The notes under the pieces are model-generated. The model saw only the letters and a program-made list of their open reading frames with translations, had not been told where the DNA came from and did not search any database. A DNA stretch of 64,000 bases from Felis catus (lineage: Eukaryota). The DNA lies in contig NC_058369.1 in NCBI RefSeq assembly GCF_018350175.1, positions 18,354,001 through 18,418,000 on the forward strand. The letters run 5' to 3'. The position numbers and the translations under genes were made by a program. Of this stretch, positions 1 to 11,929 are shown one piece after another; within the stretch, counting starts at the first letter, position 1; each line of letters opens with the position of its first letter.

Positions 1-2004
1 AGATTTCTTGGGAGGGGGCAATATTTGTGTATGGGAAGGTTAAGGGACCCTGTGGAGGCTGGGCATTTTGCAGTCAGTAGGGTGCTGAGTGAGGAGCCCC
101 TGTAACAGACTGAGGCATGGCAGGGGTTGCACCGCCAATGAAAGACCTACTCCAAATCATGGGTCCCTGGGACTCTTGTCTGATCTTAAGAACAAACAGA
201 ACCAGGATTACATGTCCCAAGAGTTAGGTAGGTGAAAGCTACCAATAAATTAATCTCATCTAGAAGATAAAAAGAAGAAAAGAGAAATTTCTTGCGTCTA
301 AATGACATGAACAAAATTTCTACCTGCTCCAAACTAAAGAAAAGTGGTGTCACATCTTAGAAAGGTTTTCAACAATAGCTGTAATCAGCTGGCTGAAATC
401 TGGTATCTCTCAACTAATAGGAAAATAAAATGTGCACCTTCGCCAAGCAGTCCCACTAATTAGAAGAGCTTTAGACCTAGAAAGAGCCACTATACTTGGC
501 ATTTATACAATCTGAGTCCAAGATACATAGATCATGCTGTTTGGAGCCAGTGGTAATGCTAGTAAATGCTTTAGGTAGCAAGTCTTCAATTAAAATATGC
601 CCCAAAACATGTTCCCTACTTCTTTCCTGGGGACCAGATTGAGAGGATGTTCCAGTTTTTTAGGATTACAACTGCCACTGGGCTACTACAAAAACCTAGC
701 CAGAAGTCCCCGGTTTGCCTCTATCCCTGCACTACCCCGGTCCCATTACTCTCAAGGGGAGGTGGACCCAGATGAGCGGTCTGGAGTTGCATTTGGGCCT
801 GGCTCACTCAGTAGGCATTGCCAGCCAGTGCTTCCAACTGAGAATCCTAAGGAGATTCAGGCTCCATAGCATGGCAGCCTCCAGGACCCTGTTCTTGGCC
901 TGGGAAAGCAAGTGCTGGAGAATTCAGATGGCAGATCAAGTAGGATCTGTCTAGAAGCTGGGAAGCAAGAAGCTGTAGTGGGCAGAGCATGTTCCAGACA
1001 CTCCTCCAGGTCCCTTTCCAAGGTCTTCCCACTGCTGTTGCCCACAGGGATGATCTGAGTGCATTCCTCACCAGGCTGCCTTCCCTCTGGCCACTGGAAA
1101 GCCCTGGGAGGAGATAGAGAGAAGAAAGGAGGAGGTGTTTCTTCTCTTAACTCCCTCCCAGGCTAGCCCTTGCCTGTCTGTGTCTCTCCACCCAAGATCA
1201 TGACTCCTCTCAGTGTGGTTCTCTCCACACCACCCTCTCTTTCTGGGTTCTAGGAGCCATACCTTCCCCTTGTCCCTTTGGGTCCAAAGGTACTGACCAG
1301 CTGGTTGTTACCAACTTGTGATACCACCTTTATCTGAGGCTCTTACATCTATTCCTTTGCATGTACGCTCTGCTGAGTTCTCCTGCATTGAGTGAGCTTT
1401 TTACTGTTGGGACCCCCAACTGATGCTCAGTGCCCTCTCCTTGTCTCCAGGCCTAGAAGCAATGGAGGGTCTGGGCCCTGCATCTCTCTCCTGTTCTCTG
1501 GAAACCTTTTCCAGCCACCTCTGCCATCACTCCTTTCTGGTCCTCGTTGGCTACACATGTCACTTTATATGCTGCTTCCCTCACCAGAGAAGGCCTCCTG
1601 GGGCCCCCAGACTATAAGGCTGACTGTGTGTTTGACCATGGGCTTTTATGACATCAAAGAATCTAGGCTTGAGAGCAGTTGTTGGCAAAACTCAAGGCTT
1701 ACATTATGGATTCTGGAAGCTCCCTTTCCATGGCCACTTACCCAACCTGGGCCCTGACTCTCCCTACATCTAGAAAGAACATTGAGCAAGACTATCTAGC
1801 CTGGTACTAGCTCTTCTCCACCCTGTCTGTAAGGGGAAGACCTGCCACTTCAGGGAAGAGGAGCCAGGCCTCATGCATTTCCTGGGGATAGGCTGGCATA
1901 AGATGTCAGTCCAGCTGTGGTAGGTCTAGGGATGATGCTCTTGGGGTCTGAGACAAGTAGAAACTGGCCCAGCCACCCCAGCTTCCCCCAGGGCTACCTT
2001 GTAC

Positions 2005-2118
2005 CTGACATCGCCGCAGGAACACTGCTGGAGGCTGGGGCTTGGCTGCAAGACGGTATTCTTGAGCACTTTCACTCTTGAATTGGCCTCTGTAGTGCCC
2101 ATAAAAGCCAGTGTTGTG
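2005..2118 (-). CDS. C3orf84: C3orf84/CIMIP7 coding exon 2 (HNTGFYGHYRGQFKSESAQEYRLAAKPQPPAVFLRRCQ); the remaining exons lie beyond the window start
   Basis: 114-nt exon with AG acceptor (2120-2119) and GT donor (2004-2003), phase 0/0. Translation matches the recalled human C3orf84 N-terminus (HNNGFYGHYRSQFKSESAREYHLAAKPQPP). Syntenic with IHO1. Confidence 0.9.
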
Positions 2119-2794
2119 CTATAACAAGGCAAGTATGAGGGTGAATCCTTCACAAACCCTTACCCTGAGTCTCAGACCTCAGGGTCTCCCGGCTAGAAGC
2201 CTCTCTTGGGAGCTACTGACAGAATAAAAAGAATCTGAGAACAAGAGACACCCGTCTGCCATCCATCATTAGAACAGTTGGCTTTAGCTGTGCTGGCTCA
2301 CCTGGGAGGGCTATGTGTGGGCAGGGAAAGGCTACCTTTTTTTTTTTTTTCTTTCCCTTCTTTCCTTTCTTCCATCTTTCTTCACTATCTTTCCCTTGAG
2401 GCCCTAATATAAGCTGGGGAGACAGCAGTGAAAGGACTGAAAGATCCTGGCCCTTGTGAATCTTCCTTCTAGTGGAGGAGTCAGACACAGCAAATAGGGT
2501 CGGGGAAGAAATAACCTGATGACTAGGATCAATAGTGATAGAGAACAGGGATAGCCCCTCATGACATTGAGGGTGGGACCTGAACGTGAGAAGGAGTCAG
2601 CTGTATGAAGAACAGCAGAAGAATATTCTATGGGATGGGAACTGAAAGAATAAAAGGACTGGAGGTCAGAAAAAGAGAGATATGTTAGAATAAACAAGAG
2701 GCTTTATGACTAAAGGATTGTGAGCAAACAAGTGAGGTAAGGTCAAGGAAACACTGGTTTAAGAATATGCATTCTCGGGCCACCTGCATTTTTT

Positions 2795-3005
2795 GGGTTG
2801 CCTGGGTGGCTCAGTCGGTTAGGCATTTGACTTCAGCCCAGGTCGTGATCTTGTGGCTCATGGGTTCAAGTCCCTCATTGAGTTCTGTGCTGACAGCTCA
2901 GAGCCTGGGGCCTCCTTTGGATTCTGTGTTTCCTTCTCTCTCTGTCCCTCCCCCATGCATGCTCTTTCTCAAAAATAAATAAACATTACAAATTTTTTTT
3001 TAATA
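2795..3005 (+). mobile_element. Carnivore SINE (SINEC)
   Basis: GCCTGGGTGGCTCAGTCGGTTA head, CT-rich region, AAATAAA tail. Confidence 0.9.
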
Positions 3006-4101
3006 AGAGAAAAAAGAATATGGATTCTCTTCTAAGAACAAAGGGAGACTTTTCATCAGGGGAGGGGCTCAAACAGGTTCTGAGCTGAGGTGATTCAAAG
3101 CACTGAGCAAAGTTTTGAGAACAGGCCACTGTCCAGTGATACGATCTTTCTCTGGGGACTGAATGGATCCATCTTGGGCATCCATTGACAAAGTCATGAA
3201 CACCTGTTTGCCACATACCCTGATGTTCTGGGACAAGAAGGGCACCCTCTGAAACTGGGACACCTAAGCAAGGGATAAACTTTTCAAAATAAGTACTTCA
3301 CTAACAGTGATACCTTCTGGAGAGAATTTCAGAGACAGGGACTGGCAAAAGACAGAAATGAGCATTTATCAGGGGTCTAAGAAGGAGCCATACTGTGTTG
3401 ATGTCATTAGGTAGACACCCTATGGACAATAAGCATGTCTAGCCAGGGAACTCCCAGGGCCCAGCTCTTTGTCCTGAGAGCTCCCTGGAGAGGATCGGTG
3501 TGGTTGGTCCTCCATGATCATAGCCCTGAGCAGAAAGAAGCTCTCCCAAGTTTGTCCTCTGGCCATTACTGTGGGTTCTTATACATGACTAAGAGGCCTT
3601 TATCTTTTCATCCCACTGAGGGCTCAGGTTGCCCAACTTGTCTGTCCATCTTTCTACTGTCTGTTGGACGCTGCTTGCTCAATATTCAGTTTAATTCAAT
3701 AGTATTTACTGGGCCTTTACTGCATTCCAGGCATGGGATATACACATGGAAGAAAACAGTCTTTGCCTGCAAGATGTTCCCAGTATAGAGAACAGTCAAA
3801 TTTCAGAAGTGTGGGAGGACCAAGCAAAGGACTGGGAATAAATGGGGTGGCTATTAGACTAGGAGGTTCAGCTGATTAGCATCAGACCAGGACACATGGA
3901 AAAGGACATGGCATTGTAAAGACTAGGTAGGCTACAGGGGTGACCTCAGAATGGCAGAGGGGGAGTGGGAAGTTCAAGGTCCTTCATGAGCCTGTGTGCT
4001 CAATGAAACCTGTCTTGCTAAATTTATTCTCATGATTCATTCAAATTTCAGGTACTACCCTAGAGCCAAGGGCCAGGATTAATTGTAAAATGCACTCTTA
4101 C

Positions 4102-4128
4102 CCAGGATCCTACTAAAGCACTTTGCAT
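4102..4128 (-). CDS. C3orf84: C3orf84/CIMIP7 coding exon 1 (MQSALVGSW)
   Basis: ATG at 4128-4126, 9 codons, then a GTAAGA donor at 4101. Joins exon 2 in frame and matches the recalled human start MQSALVGSW. Confidence 0.9.
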
Positions 4129-4203
4129 CTTTCCAGGAAGGAAGCAGAAAAGGCAAACTTTCCTCTTGTCTTTTTGAGGCTATGCCTGAGGAAAGAGAAT
4201 CTC

Positions 4204-4231
4204 AGAGGTTAACCTCTTGTTGCTTAGTGAC
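4204..4231. promoter_or_regulatory. Candidate RFX X-box (GTTGCTTAGTGAC, 4219-4231) next to a 14-bp palindrome (AGAGGTTAACCTCT), upstream of C3orf84
   Basis: Motif match about 90 bp upstream of the C3orf84 ATG. Confidence 0.5.
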
Positions 4232-4845
4232 AAAGAGAGGTTGTGACTGCACAATGCTGCTGGTTGTTGAGGCAGTACCCAGTCTGCTACCCCTTTGTGC
4301 TTCCTGCTTGGTTTTACTTCTTTACTTCTTTATGAGAGAAATATGCCCCTCATCATTAACATTCTGGGAGAGTCCTTACATATAGAAACATAGTCCACAG
4401 TGGAGTGTGATGAATACAGTCAACGAAATATCAAAGAACATTTTAGAGGTGAATCTTGCATTTTAGAATTGTGCACCCATACTGCCAGGGACATAAATTT
4501 AGAAAGCATTCCGTGGACTCAGAAGAAATGTTAAAAGGGTTTATGGCTCTTAGGATAAAAGTGCTGCTTCAGAATAAGGCTCTGTAAACTTTTCTCTCAG
4601 GAGTCTATGATGCCTGAGAACACTGGGGCAGGTGACTGTTACCAGGGCCCCAGTGAAGAAAGAGAGCATAATAGAGCAGCAAAAGAAGGAGCATGAAAAT
4701 TTTGACATTGTGGTTCCATTCCAAGCTACTCTTCGGCAGATTATTGTCTCTTTCTCATTTGTAACACAGGAACATGAAGAGTTCAGCCCTTTCACTAACC
4801 AAAAGAAGAGGCAATCAGCCTCTAAAAATGTACCAATAAAAAGCA

Positions 4846-5512
4846 GGGGTGCCTGGGTGGCTCAGTCGGTTAAGTGTCTGACTCTTGCTTTCAGCTCAGG
4901 TCATGATCTTAAGGGTCAGGATCTCATAGTCAAGATCGAGCCCCATGTTGAGATCCATGCTAAGTGTGAAGCCTGCTTGGGATTTTCTCTCTCTCTCTCT
5001 CCTCCCCTTCCCTGCTCGTGTGTGCTCTCTTTCTCTCAATAAACAAACTTTTTTCTTTAATTTTTTTAATGTTTATTTATATTTAAAGGAAAGAGAGACA
5101 GAGCATGAGCAGGGAGGGACAGAGAGAGAGGGAGACAAAGAATCTGAAGCAGGCTCCAGGCTCCAAGCTGTCAGCACAGAGACCAATGAGGGGCTCAAAC
5201 TCATGAACCGTGAGATCATGACCTGAGCCAAAGTCAGATGCCCAATCGACTGAGCCACCCAGACACCCCAAATAAACATTAAAAAAAAAGAGTTTAATTT
5301 TTTTTTTTCAACGTTTATTTATTTTTGGGACAGAGAGAGACAGAGCATGAACGGGGGAGGGGCAGAGAGAGAGGGAGACACAGAATCGGAAACAGGCTCC
5401 AGGCTCCGAGCCATCAGCCCAGAGCCCGACGCGGGGCTCGAACTCACGGACCGCGAGATCGTGACCTGGCTGAAGTCGGACGCTTAACCGACTGTGCCAC
5501 CCAGGCGCCCCC
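4846..5512. mobile_element. Cluster of three nested SINECs (+, -, -)
   Basis: Three SINE bodies; the youngest is flanked by the AAAAAAAGAGTTTA duplication. Confidence 0.9.
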
Positions 5513-5927
5513 CAAAAAAAAGAGTTTAGCAGGAGGAAACATTTAGACCCAGCTGGTGTCACTGGTGTAAGCCGTACTAGCCAGAAAGCCCACCCTACTA
5601 TAGTTACCCTTAAGATCCCTTCTCACATGTATTCACAGGTACAGAAATGTTCATTGCAGCATCTGCATAGGGAAAGAAAAAAACTGTAAGCAGTCTGGAT
5701 GTTTTACCAACAGGGCAATAAGAAAGATACTTGAATCCACAAAGATATGTCTTAAAAACGGTGAGTCAAAAAGTCAAATTGTAGAAATATGCACAAATTA
5801 TACCATTTATAAAATGATTCAGTCATGTAAAACAATGTTATGTATTGTTTATGGATACAAACATATGAACTAAAAGTATAAAACATGCATAGAAATGATA
5901 AGCATCAAATTCAGGATAGAGGATAGA

Positions 5928-5993
5928 TGAGATCATGGCTTGAGCTGAAGTCAGACACTTAACTGACTGAGCCACCCAGGTGCCCCTAATATA

Positions 5994-6037
<44 letters not shown>

Positions 6038-6260
6038 TATATATATTTTTTAAATTTTTAATGTTTTTATTTACTTTTGGGAGAGAGACAGAGCAGCATG
6101 AGCAGGGCAGGGGCAGCGAGAGGGAGACACAGAATCTGAAGTAGACTCCAGACTGCAAGCTGTCAGCACAGAGCCCGACGCGGGGCTTGAATTCAAGAAC
6201 CATGAGATCATGACCTGAGCCGAAGTCAGACGCTTAACCGATTGAGCCACCTGGGCGCTC
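5928..6260 (-). mobile_element. Partial SINEC, (TA)n microsatellite and full SINEC
   Basis: SINE consensus matches on both sides of an (AT)n run at about 5998-6046. Confidence 0.85.
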
Positions 6261-6269
6261 CTATATGTA

Positions 6270-7780
6270 TATTTTAAATAGACTTTTAGAGCAATTTTAG
6301 GTTCACAGCAAAATTGAGTGGAAGAGATTTCTCATATACCTCCTGCCCCACACATGCATAACCTTTCCTATTACCAATATCTCCCACCAGAATAGCACGC
6401 TTGTAATTGCTGAACTTAAATAGACATGTCATTATCCCCCAAAGTCCATAGTTCACTCTTGGAGTTGTATATTCTACGGGTTTGGACAAATGTATACTGC
6501 AATTACACGAATGCAATTACACGTATGCACCATTATAGTATCATACAGAATAGTTTCACTGTCCTAAAAACTCTCTGTGCTCCACCTCCCAACCCCCTAA
6601 CCCATGGTAACCACTGATCCTTTTACTGTCTCCATAATTTTGCCCTTTCCACAATGTCAAATGGTTGGAATCTTTTTGATATATATTCACTTAGGAAGAT
6701 ATATTTAAGTTTCCTCTATGTCTTTGCCTAGCATGATAGCTCATTTCTTTTTAGTGCTTAATAATATCCCATTGTCTGAATGTACCACAGTTTATTTATT
6801 CATTCACTTACTGAAAATGATATCTTGCTTGCTTGTTTTGCAATTATGTAATGAAGCTGCTATAAATATCCATGTGCAGGTTTTTGTGTGGACATAAGTT
6901 TTCAAGTCCTTTGGGTAAATACCAAAGAGCATGATTTGCTAGATCATATAACAAGACTATGTTTAGTTTTGTAAGAAACTGACAATCTTCCAAGGTGGTT
7001 GTACTATTTAGCATTTCCATTAGTGGTGAGAGTTCCTGTTGCTCCATATCCTCACCTGCATTTTTGTGTTTGTTCTGGATTTTGGCCATTCTAACAGATG
7101 TGTAGTACTAGCTCATTTTTTTTAAGTTTATTTATTTTCAGAGAGAGAACACGAGCAGGGGAAGGGCAGAGAGAAAGAGAGAATCCCACGCAGGCTCCAC
7201 AATGCCAGCATGAAGCCTGATGTGGGGCTAAAACTCATGAATCATAAGATTATGGCCTGAGCCAAAATCAAGAGTTGGGAAATCAAGAGTCTAGTCACTT
7301 AACTGACTGAGCCAACCAGGCGCCCCTCATTATTGTTTTAATGTGCACTTTCCTAGTGATATATAATATTGAGCATCTTTTCATATGCTTATTTGCCATC
7401 TATATATCTTTTTTTTTTTTTTTTGGTGCATTATGTTAGATTTTTTAGCCCATTTTAAAATCGGGTTGTATTCTTATTGTTGGGTTTTAAGGATTCTTTT
7501 TTTTTTTTTTTAATTTTTTTTTTCAACGTTTATTTATTTTTGGGAGAGAGAGAGACAGAGCATGAACGGGGGAGGGGCAGAGAGAGAGGGAGACACAGAA
7601 TCGGAAACAAGCTCCAGGCTCCGAGCCATCAGCCCAGAGCCCGACGCGGGGCTCGAACTCACGGACCGCGAGATGTGACCTGGCTGAAGTCGGACGCTTA
7701 ACCGACTGCGCCACCCAGGCGCCCCAAAGGATTCTTTATATATTTTGGATAACAGTCCTTTATCAGATGCCTTGAATCCA
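6270..7780 (-). mobile_element. Old L1 (L1M-type) 3' fragment interrupted by two SINECs (about 7117-7326 and 7497-7725)
   Basis: L1 3'UTR/ORF2-end motifs (TTTTAGGTTCACAGCAAAATTGAG, GAGCATCTTTTCATATGCTTATTTGCCATC); SINE TSD AAGGATTCTTT. Confidence 0.8.
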
Positions 7781-7900
7781 CACACTTAATTATAATCAGG
7801 TTTTTGCCCCTACTACAATGATTAAAACTGCTTCTGTCAAGGTCACCCATAATTAATTCTTACTTTTCATTTTCCTTGACCCATCAGGAGCATCTGACAT

Positions 7901-8974
7901 TGATGAAGTAGGCAGTTAGTTAGACGTGAGCTTGAGGCAAGGACTGTGATAAATAGGTGACATATTAGAAACCTGAGGGCACAAAGTCTAACTTTGTGGC
8001 TTTTATTTATTTTTTTTTAATTTTTTTTTTAATGTTTATTTATTTTTGAGACAGAGAGAGACAGAGCGTGAATGGGGGGAGGGGCAGAGAGAGAGGGAGA
8101 CACAGAATCCGAAACAGGCTCCAGGCTCTGAGCGGTCAGCACAGAGCCCGATGCGGTGCTCGAACCCACGGACCGCGAGATCATGACCTGAGCCGAAGTC
8201 GGACGCTTAACCGACGGAGCCACCCAGGCGCCCCACTTTGTGGCTTTTAAAATCTTAGTCTTATGGCTTCTAAAACCCAGGGGCTGACAGACCAAGAGCC
8301 ATAGGTGCAGAATGTGCACTCTCACTTCAACCTCTGCCCCAAAGTGACTCCCTAGGTTCATTATAATATATTTACATTGTGAGTTTCACACCCCCAACCC
8401 CATGGGCAAGATGGCCAAGACAATTCCAGCAAGAACCTTGTAGGGCCAAAAATTCCCCCTCCCAACCAGTAGGAGTCCTCCCTTCTCAGTCAGAGCTGGC
8501 CCTAGCTATGACCCATAAACTATGCAAACATAAAAAGAAAAGACACCCATCTTGGGGCGCCTGGGTGGCGCAGTCGGTTAAGCGTCCGACTTCAGCCAGG
8601 TCACGATCTCACGGTCCGTGAGTTCGAGCCCCGCGTCGGGCTCTGGGCTGATGGCTCGGAGCCTGGAGCCTGTTTCCGATTCTGTGTCTCCCTCTCTCTC
8701 TGCCCCTCCCCCGTTCATGCTCTGTCTCTCTCTGTCCCAAAAATAAATAAAAAAACGTTGAAAAAAAAAAAAAAGAAAAGAAAAGACACCCATCTTAAAG
8801 ACAGTTGCCATCTCTGAGCCTGCCCACTTTCCCATCTTAATAAACCTAATAAACTGCTTTGTGCTTGCTACCTTCCTCTGGCTGTCTTTATTCCAGTGGG
8901 GATCCTCATGTAAATCTTTCCTGGGGAATCCAAGAACCAGCCTTCCAATCAAACCTCCATTCTCCCACCTAACA
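7901..8974 (+). mobile_element. Solo LTR (ERV-like) inserted in an L2 relic, containing two young SINECs (about 8005-8234 - and 8554-8777 +)
   Basis: TG...CA termini, imperfect 4-bp TSD (ACAT/AAAT), AATAAA twice near the 3' end, and L2-like sequence resuming on both sides. SINE TSDs are ACTTTGTGGCTTTTA and AAGAAAAGACACCCATCTT. Confidence 0.6.
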
Positions 8975-9549
8975 AAATAGCTGGTCTCCTCCTCCTTTTT
9001 GAAGGATGGTCCTGGAGGCTTCCACAGCACCTCACTCTCCTGGTGTCCCTCCCCTGTCCCTGACCACACCTACTTTGGGTCCTTTACTGCTTTTTCCTTA
9101 TCTAGGCCTCTAAAGTGTGTGTCCTGGGGCTCAATCAACACAATGTTTTCCATCCATGCAACTTTATTGGTGAACTCTCTATTTCACGACTTTAAAGGCC
9201 ATCTATAACCATTAGAGGCAGAGTTACATAGACCCCCACCGCTCAATACCCTTTGCCCCTGTCCACTCTGCCCTCAGGCTGCCCCAGTCAGTACCTAGCA
9301 GGCAAGGTACCTTGGACTATTTCTTGCCTTTCTTTCCCCAACAGGCCAGGCCCCCAGTTCTGTGTTCCCTTTTGACCACAGCTCCTCTCTTCCCAGCGGC
9401 TCCCCTTACCCAGCTCTTGTTAGGACCACTTGGGCCCTAGCCATGTCCTAGCCGCTGGGCACACAGTCCTCTCCGCATGCAGCAGGGTGTGTGTCAGGTA
9501 ACTCCTGAGCAGTCTGCCTTGCTGAGGGGATGCTGGGTGGGGTGTGGGT

Positions 9550-10000
9550 GGCAGCTGGGTGTGAATGTGGAGACACGCAGGTACCTCTTGAGAGGTACAC
9601 GTGGGACAGGTAAGGCATGCAGCAGTACTCGCCGCGAGGTAGACCGCCTGGCCTGGCCAATGAAAGTGCTGGTAAAACCGGCACGCCCGTTAAAACCTTT
9701 AACGCAATGCGGCAGAGGGGGCGGGCCCAGAAGGCAGGACTTAATCCTCATTGGTCAGATAGGGCCTTAGGGGCGGGACCACGCATGCTCAGGCAACTTC
9801 AGTGGGACTAAGTAGCCTTGAGGTAAGATCAGAGACGCCCCAGGTGGGGCGCGAGCTGTCCCTCAGAGGTGGAGGCGGGAGGGGTTTGGCCAGGAAGGGC
9901 AGGGAGGGGGAGGGGGTGAAGGTGGAGAGGTCGGGGAGCCATACGGGGGCCTTGAGTACAGGTTCGAGATTTCTGGCGACGTCGAGGAGTTTCTCGGGAC
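9550..10000 (+). promoter_or_regulatory. IHO1: CpG-enriched IHO1 promoter / non-coding first exon region
   Basis: Local CpG enrichment, GC boxes, CCAAT 9657-9661, ATTGG 9750-9754, CACGTG 9598-9603, GGCGGGA 9772-9778, and strong donors AG|GTAAG at 9610 and 9823. This is the only such region upstream of the first coding exon. Confidence 0.7.
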
Positions 10001-10613
10001 GCAGGGTTGTCCAACTTGATCCTTGTCCTGGAATTCCTAGCCATTCTTTCTCTGTGACGGAAGACCTCTCTGGCTCTTCAAGGAGACTTTCTGTGCTCAT
10101 CTTTGGAGTTGTTTTCGTTAGATTCCCGGGTGTCCACAGCCTCTCATCCCGAGTCTGGGATTAGGAGATGCAAGAAAGAGAATCGGCCCAGAAAGCGTGA
10201 ACAGGAACCCGGGAAACTGGGATTTGCCTTATAACTATGCAGTATCCCTTGGAGGCCTCTGGAAAGGACATCTGAATGATTTAGTCTGGGAGCCCAGAGC
10301 GTGTCTCCTAATTGAAAAGAGACTGAAGATGAGAGTGAACGGTCGTATGAGGTTTAGGAGGGCCTGGTCGAGGCCCAAGGGGCACAAAGTCTGAGAGAGA
10401 GAACTGTTTTTTTCTGTGACCGAGTGGAGGAGCCAGAAGAGCATGTGGAGGACCTCACTGTGGCCTCAGGAGTCTCAGTGTTGAAGACCGGGGTCAGATG
10501 GTGGCGGTGGTGTACTTCCCCTTAGGGCATTCTCTTCACACATGTTTCTCCCTTGCCTAACTCCTTGCCAGCGCCCTTCCTAGGGAGACAGTTGTATACC
10601 TTGCGTGCACTTA

Positions 10614-10844
10614 TTTTTTTTTTTTTATTTTTTTTTCAACGTTTATTTATTTTTGGGACAGAGAGAGACAGAGCATGAACGGGGGAGGGGCAGAGAGAGA
10701 GGGAGACACAGAATCGGAAACAGGCTCCAGGCTCTGAGCCATCAGCCCAGAGCCCGACGCGGGGCTCGAACTCACAGAGCGGAGCGCGAGATCGTGACCT
10801 GGCTGAAGTCGGACGCTTAACCGACTGCGCCACCCAGGCGCCCC
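10614..10844 (-). mobile_element. Young felid SINEC with a perfect 15-bp TSD
   Basis: TSD CCTTGCGTGCACTTA at 10599-10613 and 10845-10859; CpGs intact. Confidence 0.95.
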
Positions 10845-11499
10845 CCTTGCGTGCACTTAAACGTTTCCTCTGCTTTTATGCTTCTTCTAATAGGATTGGG
10901 AGATGAGAGGGAGAGAGAACCCTGCCCTTGGAAGTTTGTAATGTGTGCATTTCAGTTTTCATTTACCTAGTGTCCTACCTAAGAATGACTACTACTTCAT
11001 TACTAGTGTGCTAGCATCTACAAGGATAGGTATAGGCAGATGGGATTTCTGCCCTCTGGGGATTTAAAGCCTATAATAGGTAGCATGGTGAGAGGTAAAT
11101 GCATAGAGAACAGATAAACCTGAGGCTGAGCACATCAAGCCCCATGTGGTCCTTAGACATAGGCAAGGGTGCAACCATGGGATTTTCTCAACATGTAAGA
11201 AATCTCTTAGGAGTAAGTTTGGTCTGGAACCAGGAGCATAGTTATTCTAAACCCCAAGCCACATACTGCATAAATTATTCTCCTTTCTCAACATAAACAG
11301 AAATGGAAGATGATAAAGGATGTACATCTAGATGTAGTAATAATGGTCTTGTAGTGATGTATGTAAAATTGTCTAGATGCTAAATCAAGACTCTAGAAGG
11401 AAGAATTTCTGAAGTGTTGATGGAAGAAAAAAGCTCAGACTATCAAAGAAATAAGTAAACATGAGTCAGGAATCCTAGATTTACTTCAATTCTTCCTCT

Positions 11500-11751
11500 T
11501 TTTTTATTTTTATTTTTATTTTATTTTATTTTATTATTATTTTTTTTTTGCAACGTTTATTTATTTTTGGGACAGAGAGAGACAGAGCATGAACGGGGGA
11601 GGGGCAGAGAGAGGGAGACACAGAATCGGAAGCAGGCTCCAGGCTCTGAGCCGTCAGCCCAGAGCCTGACGCGGGGCTCGAACTCACGGACCGCAAGATC
11701 GTGACCTGGCTGAAGTCGGACGCTTAACCGACTACGCCACCCAGGCGCCCC
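11500..11751 (-). mobile_element. Young felid SINEC
   Basis: TSD TCTTCCTCTTTTTTT, long A-rich tail, CpG-rich body. Confidence 0.9.
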
Positions 11752-11929
11752 TCTTCCTCTTTTTTTAAATATGTAATAAGTCTATGCAGATCTAGGGATT
11801 TGAAATGTAATAATTAAAACCAAATCATATGTATTTTTAAATTTGTGGATACTTGGAAAGTTTTGCTCTATTGTCCTAATTTAGTTCTCATTAAAAAAAA
11901 AAAACAAACAAACAAACCAACAACTGATT

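Noticed and set aside
170..1430. Possible pseudogene or extra C3orf84 exon at the window start
   Set aside because: The frames I tried had multiple stops and no recognisable protein. Part of 600-1425 looks like an old ERVL-type LTR, but too weakly to call.
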